Positions 13,626 to 29,214 of a stretch of DNA of 64,000 nucleotides are shown here, one piece after another (position 1 is the first letter of the stretch; the number at the start of each line of letters is the position of its first letter). A program made the translations under genes and the position numbers. Under the pieces are notes generated by a model. It had not been told where the DNA came from. It saw only the letters and a program-made list of their open reading frames with translations, and searched no databases. Source of the DNA: Chrysomallon squamiferum (taxonomy: Eukaryota; Animalia; Mollusca). The DNA is taken from assembly GCA_012295275.1 (NCBI GenBank), contig CM022665.1:4154001-4218000 (forward strand). The letters run 5' to 3'.

Positions 13626-15639
13626 AGTGTGCATGTTTGCATACTGGCCTGAGGCATGACATGTAATAGGATCAATCTTTCTTAGTACCTCCCTCCACTG
13701 GACTGTTTCCATTCCAACCAAAAGTTTATTTACAAAAGGCTGCAATAAGTGCTTTCTAATCTGTGTAAAAGATTCCTCACTGCTTATCAGTAAATGCAGC
13801 TCATGGAGAAGTGGAAGCAAAAAAAAAAAAAAAACCCCAGAATACTCAAACATGATAGACACCTAATCACCATTAGTATTAGAACATGCAGAGGCGTCTT
13901 TAGACCTAATTACTTCACTTATTGAATACACAGTAAACTTAGTTGTTCTAGCCTGTGAAATAATGAATTAGAAATAGTGAGACTTGAGCATGATGCAACT
14001 GTGATGTACAATTAAATCTGTCAGTGCCTCCGGCTAGTAAATCTTTCATTTCCATCACATTTGCATTATGTATTACATGTACCTTGCGTTAAACCATTTT
14101 GTTTTACAAGATATCTACATACATTATATTGTGTTTATGCACATATAACGATCTACCTCCTACACGTATGCATACATATATACATGCATTCCTACATACC
14201 TACATACTTTCATGCATTCATGTATGTAAATATGCATAGAATTAGATTAATTACACACATGCACTCATATTATTTATATTCATAAGTATATATCCATGAA
14301 TGTGTGTATTTTGTACATGTGCATGTCTTCAAAAATATAATTAACACCCAATAACAATTAACATTACAGTCTGTCACTCAGCTGTCATCAAACAAAAAAA
14401 TCATTGTCTAATAATGTAATATACTGTTTAAAACATGGCTAAAAGTTAGAAACTCTTGTTTGTGTTTGGTTAAACTAATCTCAAAGTTAGTGAGATCATA
14501 AGGCTGCAGTACGTATCCTAAAATTACCACTGATATCTGAACACACATAAAACGATTTCTTTTTTTTTAAAACCATAAAACTTGGCAATTGAATTCTGTT
14601 TTTCTTTTTCATTTTAATCCATTTTTAATACAAATAATAACAGAAAAGATTAACAAATACTAAATCCTTCTACCTTCAACATAATCTTCTTTTTTTTTCA
14701 AAAAATGTTAATAAAATAAATTATAGATTTTCATTTTTTTTTACAGTTCTAATCTGGACCCAATAACCAAAGCTGCACCTATTTAAAAGAATTATTTATC
14801 ACTGTCATTTCAATTGAGTTTAAAATCTAAAACCGTGTGTTATCAACTGCCACTGGGTTAACTAAGACACAAAATGCAGGTGTACATTGAAATTCAAATT
14901 GAATTTTAAATTATAGTTGTCAGAATACACCAGCAGCTGCTTAATGACTACTGTATAGTATGGGATCTAAAATACTGAATTGTCTTTCTCATGGAAAAAA
15001 CCCCAAAACAAAATAAAACAAACACCCCATGTTATATATTCAAAGTTTTAAAATTTGGAAATAATAAAAAAAAATAATAAAAAATAAAATAATAATAATA
15101 ATAGAAGTCAGTATCTTCAAAGTAATAATCTTGTGCTTTTAAAAATAATTTTATTTTTAAATAAAAAAAATTAAATAAGAAACTCTTCTAAGTACTATAT
15201 ATATATATATATATATTAAATAATATTTTATTTTAAAAATACATTTCACATTCAGATCAACTGTCAAACTGTTGTAATCTTATAAATGAGTTTATTTTTT
15301 ACTTTATGTTTTCTTTTCTTTTTTCTTCAATTTTACAATAAATAAAAAGTGAAATGAAATGTATATTATTTCATTATTTATTTATGTATTGTATTAACAA
15401 AAAGAAAATTATAATATACAAGACAGCAATATATGTTTTATGTTGATCTCTAAAATAAAGCTGTTTATCAAACATATCTGCTTCACATAAGTGTCAGTGT
15501 TTAATACAACATGGGCATTCAGTAAAATATTATTTATAGTGTGCATAAGAGTGCCCAACAGGATGGATTTTGGACTCTAATTATACAACAGGCTAATTTT
15601 TTATTTATGAAACAGATGATAGAAATTAATTTAGAACAT

Positions 15640-15955
15640 TTAGAACATCATATTCTATAATCCTAATAAAACACTTGAAATAAGAATTTAGTATTTTGAA
15701 ATCCTAATTAAACATCTGAAAAAAGAAAACTATATTCTATAACCCTGATAAAATGGGAACACAAAATGTTTGAAAGTTGTATTCTAAGAAAACATATGAA
15801 ACAGGAATGTTATATTCTCCACTAATAAATGTAGTAAACCTAGTATTTATAAAATTGTAATAAAATGTTTGAAACAAAAACGTCATATACTAAAATCCTA
15901 ACATTTAAAATAAAAATGTCTTATTTTTAAAATTCTAATAAAATGTTTAAATGTT
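15640..15955. repeat. Degenerate minisatellite, unit about 40 bp
   Basis: Recurring TATT.TA.AATCCTAATAAAA...TGAAA.A..AA units. Confidence 0.6.
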
Positions 15956-17408
15956 TGACATTAATGTGTGATATTAATCATTATCTCCGGCCATTCTGTT
16001 TAACAAGGAAAATTCTCATTTGACAGATGGCAGCAGTGATATATATGTGTATGTACATATACATATACATACACATGAGCCAGTGTGAAATAAATTTTGC
16101 AAGTTTTCATTAAATCAAACAATGAACTTCATTCTGGTCTAGTTCAAAATGTTTATTTATTTTTTGAGGTTTTTTAATAAAAAATTTTGCTGTGAAATTA
16201 AGAGAGTATGGATCACCTTAATTTACATGCAGTAAAAAAAAAAAAAATAATAATAATAATAATAATAATAAAAGAAATAAATTAAAAACAAACAACAAAA
16301 AAACAAAAGACAAATTGGTTCAGTGTTTTGCTTATATCTGAATTAAATTAAAAAAAGAATAAATTCAATAATGGAGAAAAAAATTAAAAATTTAATCATA
16401 TATTGAAATATGATCCAGCACATTTTATGTTGATTTGTAAAATAAAAACCTTTAATAATTAAATAATGCAGTCTATAGAGAATATTTCTAACAATTCATT
16501 ACAATTTATAAGATTAGGTTTGTTTAATGAAATATAATGAAAAAAAGAAAGAAAACCAAATGAATGTGTGCATGTAAGCATGTCTGTGTGTGCGTGTGCG
16601 AGTGTGTGTGAGAGTGTGTGTGTGTTTATATACCAGTCCATTATGAACTTCAGGCCAAAAACTGATAATGGTTCAGGGAATTCTAAATACTTGATTTTGT
16701 AAAGAAGTAAAAAATGAAAACAGTACATTCACACTTTCTTCCACCCACATATCCCTGTTATGTATACAGTATACAGTATCCAAATAACCTAAATAACTGA
16801 TAACATTCAGGACAGCATTGAAAACTGAGTTAGTTTGGGTCACAGAAAGTTAACCAAAAAAAAAAAAAAAAAAAAGAATAAAATAGCCACACCCAAAACA
16901 GCACAATGAGAAGGCTAAGGAAAAATAAAACACAATGTATTTGGACAGGTTATGATGAAGACTTAAAACTTCTATGGCTTATCGGCGGGTCAATGAATGC
17001 CTGTAAAAACAGTCACGAATGATTTAACCACAGGCACTCACCAAATCCTCCATCAAAACCCACTGTTACACTGTTTGGTGACTTTGCACTCGGAGAGCTG
17101 GTCTAGCAGCTTTTTTGTTAGTGGGCTATGCAAACGGGGAAATGTTTGTCTTTGCAATTGTCATTGTTAATGTGCAAGTCAACCACATCTGTACCTGGTG
17201 AACCGGAGAGAGGCAAAACAGGTGTATGTTGTGTATTTATGATAAATTTAAAAAAAGGCATTTGTTGAAAGATGCTATATATATATGAGTAGACATATAC
17301 ATAAACACACACATGTATACACATTTATAGTCATATATAAATCAGTACATACACATACATATAGCTAAAGATACATAAAGGCATTCTGCATGTATGACTA
17401 TACATATC

Positions 17409-17445
<37 letters not shown>

Positions 17446-18235
17446 CTATTTAAATGATTCTCTGACTGATATTTTATTTATGGTTATAAAATCAAAAGAA
17501 AAACACCATCTTTTAATCAGATCTGTATACGTGTATACCTGTCAGTAAAATATAGGTATATAGTATATACATATAAATAAAATATACACTGATACAGATT
17601 ATCATTTAAAAAATATTGTTTTGCCTTTCTGAGGTTGTTTCATGGTTTCAAATAAAAATTAAAGCATAAATAAAAAAAAAAAAAAATAAAAAGTAATCCT
17701 TTATTCTTACAAATGGGGATATTTTATTTGTTTTATATGCTTCAATAAATAATTTAATTTTGTATACAGAAGCTAATGTATACATAACCTTACATAAACA
17801 ATATCCAAAGATCGTATCACTTTTTCTGGATTATCAACTGATACAATGTTTTTTATTATGTCAAAAATATGTTCATACATTATTAATATGAACATAAATA
17901 TTTGCAGTTTAAAGGTCACAATTAGTGTGTTTACAGCATGACACATATATTGACATGTTTACAACTTTAGCAATAATGTTTATATGCCTGCTATAGATAA
18001 GGAATGAATTTTTTTTTTTTTTTTGGATTTACCTGCACATATATAATAACACTTGAAGACACTCATTTTATTATACAGACATACAGTACTGTAATATATA
18101 ATTTTTACAGTTTTGTTTTAAGAAGATAACATTATGATGACTTTATTTTATTTATTGTAAATTATAAGGAACTATTAGGAAAATTCAAGTTCCTAAAGTG
18201 ATTTTTGAAAAGATAATTAAATAATAATAATAAAA

Positions 18236-18292
<57 letters not shown>

Positions 18293-18789
18293 TTTATTAT
18301 AATAATTTGATTAAATATTATTATTATTATTATTATTATTAACATCACTTATTTCAGTTCCATATTTATAACTTTCAATTTATTTTTCTTAAAGATTCTT
18401 CTCTGTTATGATGATATTTTTATTTTATTTCCACTGCTTGTTGAATTCTTTTGTTTTACATTAATACTGGTACCAAAACTAATTTTAGTCTCCAAACCGA
18501 GATTTCACTGCTGAAATTGCTTCCATTCATATTGAGTCCCATTTGATTTTGTTAATGTAATTATATTATTCACAGAAACCAAGTGACAAATAGCTAAGCA
18601 AGATTGGATTACCCAAGTGAAAAAAAAAAAGAATAAAAAGACCCACGCAAATTAATGAGTATTAGATTGTCAACTTTGTTACAGGAAATGCTAAATAAAA
18701 ACTTGTGATTTGCAGTTAAACAAAAAAAAAAACCAATTGCCTCAAAACTATAAAAACAAATATAATAATAATTTTTTTTTTAAATTACA

Positions 18790-18821
<32 letters not shown>

Positions 18822-19158
18822 ATATATAATAATAATAAGTAAAGAATAATAAAATAAATAAATAAACAATTAAATAAAATTAAGAAAAACAAATATTCAT
18901 TTACAGATAATAATTAAACTAAGTGGGAATGGACATAAATTTATTTGACAGTGACAGGTATTTAAAAGAAACAAAAACCCCAAACAAATAGAAATAGAAG
19001 TAGAAAATATGTATATTTTCAAATCTTTTTTTCCCCTGAATAATTTACATATATAATATATATAAAATAAAAAAAAAAAATGCTTGAAACAAGGTAATTA
19101 TTAAAATTTTCTCTCTGTATACAGGTTATTATTATTATTAGTAGTAGTAGTGGTAGTG

Positions 19159-19206
<48 letters not shown>

Positions 19207-19689
19207 ATGGTGGTAGTAATCCATAAACAGCCATTTACCTACTTAACAAAATAAGTATACCAGGATGGGTGTTTTTAATCAATATCTTAAAACACCACTC
19301 CAAAAAATATTAAAATTTAATAACCACTTATTTGCCAACACAAAATCAGTTAGAAATAGTTAGAAACAGTTTCATTTTAAAATTTTAAACATTCACCAAT
19401 GTATTTTTAATAATTTAATTTGAACATATTATATTTATTTTAGAACTTCATTATTTAGCAGATCCAGAAAGTTACGCGATTACTACTGGCACCCATAGTG
19501 TTTACAAGCATGAGAACCTGTCACATTGAGATACAAGTGTCCAGACGTCAATATAACGATGTTTGCGACAGATATAAAATAATAATTATTATGTTTAAAA
19601 AAGAACAAAAAAAACCCCAAACAACAACAATAAAAAGTTAACTGAAATTCAATATGTCCACTGCTACTACTCAATTCCTCAGGTATCGC

Positions 19690-20180
19690 CGAAGTCACAT
19701 CGCGAACACAGGATAATCCCCCGCCCCTTTAACCTACCGCCAACCGTCAGCCTAGGCGCAACTTTCACACCTTATTCTCTTTAATCATCACCGATTGCAC
19801 TACACTTGTATGTGCGACGTTGGCGCTTCAGGTGCGCGATTACCAGAATGACGTGATCAAAGCCGCTTACCTGTCGTCGTAGGCGAAGTCGGCGTGTAGT
19901 GTGTTGAGGTAGAGAACCAGTGCCGTAAAACTAGCTGCTACAATCGAGTACTCCATCCCGTAAAACTCCCGATACCTTCTGCCATGTCGGGTTTATTTAC
20001 CTCAATGAGAGAACTGTGGCGCATGCGTACTCCGTCACAAGTAACGTCTGATTGAAAGATTCGACGATAACAGGGCCTCTACGCCGACTTAAAAGCTTTG
20101 CATTGTTAGGTTTCGTGTGTTGGAAATAACTATCCAACGTCCACGAATGCCGGCAACACGCAAGCGTTTGAAGCTGAAAA
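19690..20180 (-). promoter_or_regulatory. CpG-rich promoter region of TMTC2 with an NRF1/EWG-type motif
   Basis: Abrupt CpG enrichment relative to 1-19.4 kb; GCGCATGCGT at 20019-20028, about 60 nt upstream of the start codon. Confidence 0.65.
19871..19956 (-). CDS. TMTC2: Coding exon 1 of a TMTC2-like protein O-mannosyltransferase; remaining exons lie left of the window (intron 1 over 19.8 kb)
   Basis: Minus-strand translation MEYSIVAASFTALVLYLNTLHADFAYDD-(S/R) followed by a phase-2 GTAAGC donor. It matches the TMTC2 N-terminus (human ..LALYLNTLSADFCYDDS) as recalled. I found no exon-2-like sequence (RAIKTNQDL..) in 1-19870. Confidence 0.88.
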
Positions 20181-22356
20181 CGGAAACCTATTTCTATTTT
20201 TGTTTTACGTTAAGAAAACGTAATAAATTAATAATTCACTCTTGTAAACAAGTGACAAGGACAGCGCCTTTGGGAAGATGAATAATTCAGGAAATCTTAC
20301 CATTTGTTTATACATGTATTACCTGTATCATCATCATCATCATCATCATCATCATTCTTCTTCTTATTATTATTATAACGCACCGTACTTTCAATTTGGA
20401 AGATTATTATTTTACTGAGAGACCAAAGTTAGGATTAATTAAAATACTTTATTTATTTCTTAAGATAGAATGAAATGAATTAATATAATTTTTAAATGGA
20501 TAATTACGGTGGTATTAGATTTTTAAAAAATGTTGTAGATATATTTTAACTAACAGTACATTTTTATAATAATATATAAAGCAATATTTATTTATTTATA
20601 TAGTTACAAAAAGTTACAAAATTATAAAAAGCATTCTTATAATAAACTCTTAAAAACATGGGATGAACACACTTTCTATTTAGCATTTCTATTATTTAAA
20701 AAAAAATAATAATTAAAAAATAGGACATCGACATATTTACAGTATTTTTCATCCATATGCGCGAATTAAAACCAACTGAAAATAATATCCAAAGTTTAAT
20801 TTAATGGCCTAATGCAAAAAAATAATTACACAATTTATTTTATTGATCGTCATGTTTGTTGAAATAACGCACATACAGATTCTAGTGGCTACATGTAAAG
20901 GACATGACTGACTCAATACAGCTTTGAATGTACGTGTTTTAGAGCAAACATTTCATTCGTGCGCCCCAAATTGGTAAACGTGCGGGTTAATGGTTAAAAC
21001 CTAAATGACTGAGAAATCGTTTGTTTAATATTGATTGAGCACAGATCATCCGCACACTAAAATAACCAACAAAGCATGGGCACCGATGATTTGGTTTGCA
21101 GAGCATGATTATTGTTATTTTGGCGAAACGGCGATAACTTTGGTGTATGAGTTGTTTTAATAACGAATATCGTTTAATAAGAAATAAATAAATAAATAAA
21201 TAAATAAATAAAAATTAAAAATTAATATAAATAAGTAAACTTAAAAATAAAAAATTAATATAAATAAGTAAACTTAAAGCTAAAAATTGTTGTCATTATC
21301 AATTAAAAGAATCCAAAAGCTAATTTTTGTTTATTGATTTAATTAATAAACCGCTGTTGTTCTTGTTTTTTGTTTATTGATGTTGCCGCTGTTGTTGTTG
21401 TTGTTGTTATTTATTTATTTATTTATTATTATTTTAAATGTAACTGAAGGGACATTTTACGACAAATAACGTGATTATATTTCGTCCACCAGTTCTTTGT
21501 ATTATTTACAGGAGATATATTAATATGAGTCATATATGAATGGAAATATGTTTGTTTTGTTATCAGATAATCAGAGAAACTTAATACATTCAGGCGAGGG
21601 TTTTTTCTTCTTTTTTCTTCTTTTTTTTTTTTTTTTTCTTTTTTTTTTTTCTTTTTATTACAGAAATATTGATTTATTTGTTATTCGTCCTTTTTATTTT
21701 TTCATTCATTTTAATTCTTTCTTTTTACCTTCCTAACATCAGCATGATGATAATAATAACGATGCAATATACTGCTAATACCAGCAATAGTAATTTAAGT
21801 AATAGTTCAACCACTACAGTAGTCGTAGTAGAACTATTACTTAAATTATTACCATTGCTAGTATTAGTAGTATTACTATTATTTTAATGAAGGTATTGTT
21901 ATTATTATTTCAATTACTTTTTCTTTTCATTTTTTTTTTTTAAGTGTGTCTTAACAAAGGTTAGAAAACGGTTTTCAAAATATTTTTGGCATTTGCAAAG
22001 CAATTCAGTTATTAATTCTTAATTGGAAATCAATATCACATTTCTGTCACATTGTTTGAAAACAATAGGTGTCGTAGTTGTTCTACGGTTCCAGTAATGG
22101 AACGAAGGGCAACCGTACATTGATTTTAGCAACTCCATCATGCGAAACAGAAATATTCAGGAAGACGTCAAAAACAAAAAGTCGGATGTCAGAAAACAGA
22201 AATAAAATGTGGAGCTGCTAACTGGTATTTAACACATTATTAATACACACGCATAATTATCGGTAAAGCGTGAAATATTTGTATAGCTGTACGGAATAAT
22301 ACCATTAGTTTTATGATTTATACTTATATGCAATTAACACTTTATTTATTTTTATG

Positions 22357-22416
<60 letters not shown>

Positions 22417-22810
22417 GTTGTTGTTGTTGTTGTTGTTGTTGTTTTTGTAGTTATTATTTTTAAAAATTATTTTATTTCATTTTCATTTTTATTATTATTA
22501 TTTTTTAAATTATTTTATTATATTTTATTTTATTTTATTACTCCAGGTTTAGTGATTAACAAGGTTGAACTTTAATTAGATATAATATGTATGTATATAC
22601 TAGGAATGCACTAACTGGTATTTTATCATCATCATCATCATCATCATAATCATCATCTTAATCATTGCTACTACTATTACTGGTGTTGTTGGTTTTATTA
22701 CGGTTGTTAAAAATATTTTCTTTTCATTTTTATTTATATATTTAAATTAATAATACAAATACAACAAATGAATAAATATAATAAGAGTAACAACAATAAT
22801 AACAACAACA

Positions 22811-22843
<33 letters not shown>

Positions 22844-23609
22844 TTAACAATAGCAATAAAAATTAAAGAAAAAAAAGAGTGTTTTCTAAATGAGTTTTCT
22901 AGACAGTGACTTCCTTCAGACACAAACCCCTTCAAGGAACTGAATCGTCATTCTCTTCATGCACTAATATTTGAACAGTTTGTGATAATATCAATCAATA
23001 TTAAATGGACCGGTAGCACCAAAAAAAAAAAAAGAAAAAAAAAAGGAGAAAAATGGCCATTTTATTCGGAGAAATTAACGATTATTAAAATTTTCAGGAA
23101 ATACAATTCATTATAACGTAATTTTTTATTATTATTATTATGATTATTAATTTTTTAATTTATTTTTAGTATTTTTAAAATTTATTATTTTTGCTTCTTT
23201 ATTGCTTCGGGATTGTTTTTGTTCTACTTTCTTCTTCAATTTTTTGTTGTTTTTTTGTTTGTTTTTTTGTTTTCCCCTTAGAAAAAGAACATTTAAATAA
23301 ACTACAGTTTAATTCAATCAGATAAGATCCAGTGCTCACATAAAACTGTGTAATATTTTAGAAATAGATTTCATTTTCATTACTTAAAATATATATTCAC
23401 TGCGACTTTATATATATATAATTCATGTAACAGAAATTATAATTTATTATTCTTATTGTTGTTATAGTTACTACTACTACTACTGCTATCACTACCACTA
23501 CTACTACTACTGCTATAATTGTTGTTTTTATTAGTTATAGTTGCTGATGTTGATTCATCATTGTCGTTATCGTTATTGTTGTCATTATTTTCTTTTTTCT
23601 TTGTTGTTG

Positions 23610-23642
<33 letters not shown>

Positions 23643-24911
23643 GCAGTATTATTATGTTATTATTATCATTACTCTTTTTGCTCTATAATCCCTCTGATGC
23701 AATGTTATTTCAGTCTATAACTAACCCCATAATCACAACAACAAATGGATCATAATCACAGGTTTGTGGTCATGTGAATTACCATCTTGTAAACTGATCT
23801 GTCTGTTACAGAAAATGTGATATTCGTAATCTTCACAAAACTGGAGATGAATATCATTATATATTTGAATGCAATGATACTGTATTATTAAATGCGAGAA
23901 AAAGTATACAGTAAAAAAAAAAAAAATACGAGAGATCCAAATATATTTTCGTATAATAATTTGTTCAACAGCAAAAATATATTCATATTAAAAAAGCTAC
24001 GTTTGTTAGTAAGAACTGTATGTGACAGAGTATGAGCTCCACGTTAAACTTCCACGTATTTTAGTTTTGAGTATTTGCCAGCCATGAGGTGAACTATGAT
24101 ACCTGGTTATTTAATACCCAGATTAACTCCACTCATCAACGCATTAAAATAGTTTTATCTTTTGTTATCAGGTTGTTAGCAGATAATTAGTTCGACGTCG
24201 TAAAGGTCGAAAGATTATTATTTTTTTATATTATTATTTTTGTTTATTACAGTTGTTGTTTTATGTTGAGTAAAGATGTTACAGCAGTAGTAGTAATCAC
24301 CGCCGCTTCGTTTCCTACATCTATCATCAGTTTAGCAAAAGATATTATTTTATTTACCATTGTTATTATTGTTAAATGTTTTTTTGTTGTTTTTATTATT
24401 ATTATTATTAGTCGTGTTGCTTTTGTCATTTCATTATTATTTCTTTTATCGTTGCAGTTGCTACACAGAATAATAATAATAATAATAAACCTTTTCTGTT
24501 GTTGTCTTCGTTACAGATGCTATTTCAAGAATTAAATCACAACCGATAACACCGGCATTACTCTTTATATATATATATAGCCATGTAAGCAAATTTTCTA
24601 TGTGTCTAATTGTGTTTATGTTAATATCCAATTAAGACTGAGTTTTCTGCCTCCGCTATCTTTGAGGTACAACGACCACGTCAGAAATAGTAGTCCAGTA
24701 TAAATAAGTTAGCGAGAGAGAAGATGATGTCGTTACATCCATCTCCGCTTCTACGTTGGCTGGCTGTCTCATTTTAATTCTCTTCGTACCTTCAGGACGT
24801 CACATAATCTTCTTGATGTAGTATCATTAAACTATCCTTCGCCAGCGAGTGTGATAAAATTATCTGAGTTGTATGTTTGGAGTGTGTGTTATGGGTTTTA
24901 GGTGTGCGAGC

Positions 24912-25022
<111 letters not shown>

Positions 25023-25445
25023 AATAAAATAAAAATAATAAAAGAAATGGTCTGTTTGATTTCATTTAGCCATTAATATTAAAATTTAAACTGATTTAAG
25101 ATATTAAACAAATATTTGTTCAGTCACCGAACGTATTTTATTTTTATACTTTTCGTTAACAAAGACTGTTGCTCTTAACAAAAAAAAAAAAAAAATAATA
25201 ATAATAAAAAAATAAAATGTTTAAAAGCTATAAAATTATGTTAGAGACACTTTAAATATCCAACAATTACATACCTATTTTAAATATATGGAAATGATTT
25301 TCGTTTTCTGGTCATGACCTTTCTGTGACTGATAGCTGGTTTGACACAACTAATTATTAGATTGTATTACTGGATTTTCACTGTATAAAATTTGAACCGT
25401 GATTGCATTATCAGTAATTTGATTTTATTATCGGTATGTCCTAAA

Positions 25446-25479
<34 letters not shown>

Positions 25480-25975
25480 ATAAATAAATAAACAGAAGAA
25501 AACAAAATATTAAAAGAATATAAGAAAAAACACATTTAATAAAGAAAAGCCAGTTATTGATACATTTTTCATTTAATTTTTTTCCATAGTGAAGCTTTAT
25601 TGTACATAAAGGCATTCAAATCGTCACTTTTCAAAATTTTTCACTCCATAATTATGATAGTGGTTCCGAATAATTATATTCTAAAAATCCATTTGTCAGG
25701 GGCATGCTGGGATAAGAAGCACTCACTGGTCACGCGATTTTTTCAGACCGACTGCCAACGACAAGACAGAAATCCCGATACCAACGCAGACGACAAGCGC
25801 TTCATCGGCTACGCGATCGATTTTACGCCTTCCATTTTGACAAATCTGGAATTTTCTTCTTTATTTTTCATTTTTATTATTTTTATTTTTATATTTTGTA
25901 TTTTAGGAAACGAAGATGAATACTCCATTTTGGTTGTTTGCGTTGACATCTCGAGTGCTAAAAATGACAGTTTTC

Positions 25976-26006
<31 letters not shown>

Positions 26007-28324
26007 GTTTCTCATTTGAAGAGACGTCGAGAACTAACTCGGAAGGTTCAGAGACAGTATCTTTATCATTCTGTTGAAACACTGTAATTGACAACCAGGG
26101 AAGTTAATTTAGATCGAGGACAATTCCTACGCTTTGACGAAGAATGCTCAAGTTAACTTGTTACCATTTCGACAGATATTATGTCAAAATTACAGGTAGT
26201 TATTTTGAAATATCACTGATACGATGAAACTGAGTTGGAAAAATAATGATCAGCAAAATATTGTTGCATTTCAGTTTCGTCATCGTTAGTTATTATTGTA
26301 TCGTTTTCATTCATAATAATAATAATAATAATAATAATAATTAACAACAATAATATTAATAGCTGTAGAAGCAGCATCAAATTAATAGCAATAAATAAAT
26401 AAACATGCAAATAAATAAATACGAGAAAATTATAAAGGTATCTGATAGGATACAAAAAGTCAAAACACCAAAAATGATTTAAAATATATATATATATATA
26501 TATATTTTTTTTAAATATTTCACCAACATTATACCGTTTACCGACAAACTAGTTCGCCAGTGTCGTGAAATGTAAGATTATTGTTCAAGGCGCTTTAAGG
26601 AGATACCGTAAAGGTCGAACACAAACCACACGACTTTCCGCTGTTTCACGAAGTTTCGAAAAGCCCGAGTGTTGTATATATCTCTTTCCACAAGCAACAA
26701 AAGAAAACTGGTCCTCTTGCAGAAGACGTGTAGCCCATATTTATCCGTGACATCACCTCCGTGACACGTTTTATTATGTAGTGGAAAACCCCCTGCCGTT
26801 ACATTAATAATTCGTACTAAAACAACATTGCATGACGTCTCTCTGAAGGGCCCGATTCTTAAATAGGACAAGATTATATTATTGTATTTGGTAGGCGTGG
26901 TGTAGAAAAGGTGGCCCATTTTAAAGAAGAAAAGAAAAGACCAAAAGATTTTATTATTATTATTTTAAAAAAAAAAATAGAATTACAGAATATACAGCAG
27001 GAATCAGCCTGTATGTTCTCTCATGTGAAAATGTAACGCCTGTAATGGGAACTAGATATAAGCTGATATTAGGTGGCAAATATTATAACAAATGATTGAA
27101 ATATGATAATGGGTAACTAATACGGTCTTCATCCCTGAAGAAACTGAATGTAAAAACTAAATTTATATAAAACTTTGAAACAGTTATAGGTGGTATATCC
27201 GAGTATTCTTTCCTTTTCAGTGGTGAAACTGAACCAAGAGGTGAATATAATATAGTTAGATAATTCAACAACACAAATAAAGTAAAAAAAAAAAAAATTG
27301 ATGGAAGCGTAATGTTTTCATAATGTATTCGAAATTGGTTCATGGTATTCCATCCCACAGGAACAGACTTATGATTTATTCACGTTAGCACATCTGTCGC
27401 ACAGCCGATAATGATCAGGTTCTGTTCGTGTTTTCCTCGCGACACTATCAGTGATGTTAATGCGTCGCTCTTTGCATTATATCAGGATACATTCTTGTTT
27501 TGTTCACGGTAATACCATTAATTAGGGTATGTTCATATTTGGCTCATGACATTGCAATAATTTATATGAAAATACTGCTTTGCTCAACACAGTATTATCA
27601 GCTAAAATACGTCCAGGTTTTAATAGGTCATCCGGATATTTCATTTTTGCTCTTGTCAGTCTTATATAAACGAGGAAACAATTATTCATGTTTTTTTTGT
27701 TTTTTTCTTGTTTTTTTTTCATGATATCATGAACTAGGGCCTTTTGTGTTCATGTTCTGCACCTCGGTCACCGACATAAGAATGTGTTCATATCGCTGTA
27801 CTCAATCATCATTCCATCTAGTTCATATTGCATCAGTTATTATAATTATTTATGGTGATGTTTTCTTTATGTCACAGTCATCATCGAGCCTGCATTTATT
27901 TTATTTTTTCTTAATGATATGCTCTTACCATTGTTATAATTTAGCACACGATCACATATTACCCTCATTCAGTATTTCGTCAGTCTTTGATTAGATCTGT
28001 ACCAAATAATTAAAAGACGGCCTGCCATTATATACATTATTATTATTATTATTATATTATATATGCACGCCCTTTTTAAGATAAGACGTCATTTAAGAGC
28101 TGACGCATGCGTTTGGGTGATGGAAAGCTTGAAAAGGATTAGTCAGCATAATTTGCTATCAGGAACGACTCGGTTGTCGTCGCATGATGGTTAATGTATT
28201 AGTAGATTAGTGATAATGAATAGGAAGCACCACTACCCAGATATATAGGCTGAAATAAAAATAATAAGTGTATGACAATTTCTTGACTTCCTTCAAAGGA
28301 TATACTATATACGCTCACTGAACT

Positions 28325-28406
<82 letters not shown>

Positions 28407-29176
28407 TTCGAATATAATTTTTATTTTATTTTAATATCTATTTTATATCAGAATTGTAGATCCAGAAAAAGGAAATATTAACGACAGAACAGCTGCAAAA
28501 ACAGCAACAAGTGAAGAAAAAAAAAATGTATATATAAATGTTTTCCACCGCCATTTTTTATTTCAATTATTAGTATTTTATTTTTTTAATTACATTTCGC
28601 CTGCATTTATCAGTGAAAGACATAAAGAAGATACGCATTCAAATATCGTCAGGTTATTTGCAGTAAATAACTGGGAACCATTTGCACATGAATGGCTATT
28701 GTCCTTTTAACACATTGGGTGAATTCCTAAGCTTGTACATAAAAAAAGAGTTTTATATTTGCACCTGTGAAGATATCGAACAGTTTCGCCAGGTAACGAC
28801 AACATTGTTCTGGCTGAACGAGTGAAAACAAAGCAATTGGTTTTGTCGGCGTGACAAGCGCAAATTCGCTCTCTCGTGTAATTATCCGCACGGCTGCCCG
28901 CCATAATACGACCGACCTGTCACGAGTTCCCCCGAATTGACACGAAATGTTATAATCTATTCCGACAGCTAGCGCGTAGACGTCTGTAATTTAAACACGC
29001 CCCGATGCATGTGTGTATGGTTTGAGGGTTTGATTGAGACTGATAAATAAGCAATATTTTGTACTTGTTATCTGAAAAGAAAAGGGGAAAAAAAAGAAAA
29101 AGAAAGGAAAAAAAAAAAAAAAAAAAAATAGCTTTTAACGCATTAAATTTAAAAAAAGTTAAATTCGAAAAAATAA

Positions 29177-29214
<38 letters not shown>

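Noticed and set aside
17036-17100. Minus-strand GTGAGT donor after ATG GAG GAT TTG, as a possible alternative TMTC2 first exon
   Set aside because: It is phase 0, whereas TMTC2 exon 2 needs phase 2; no promoter-like CpG context.
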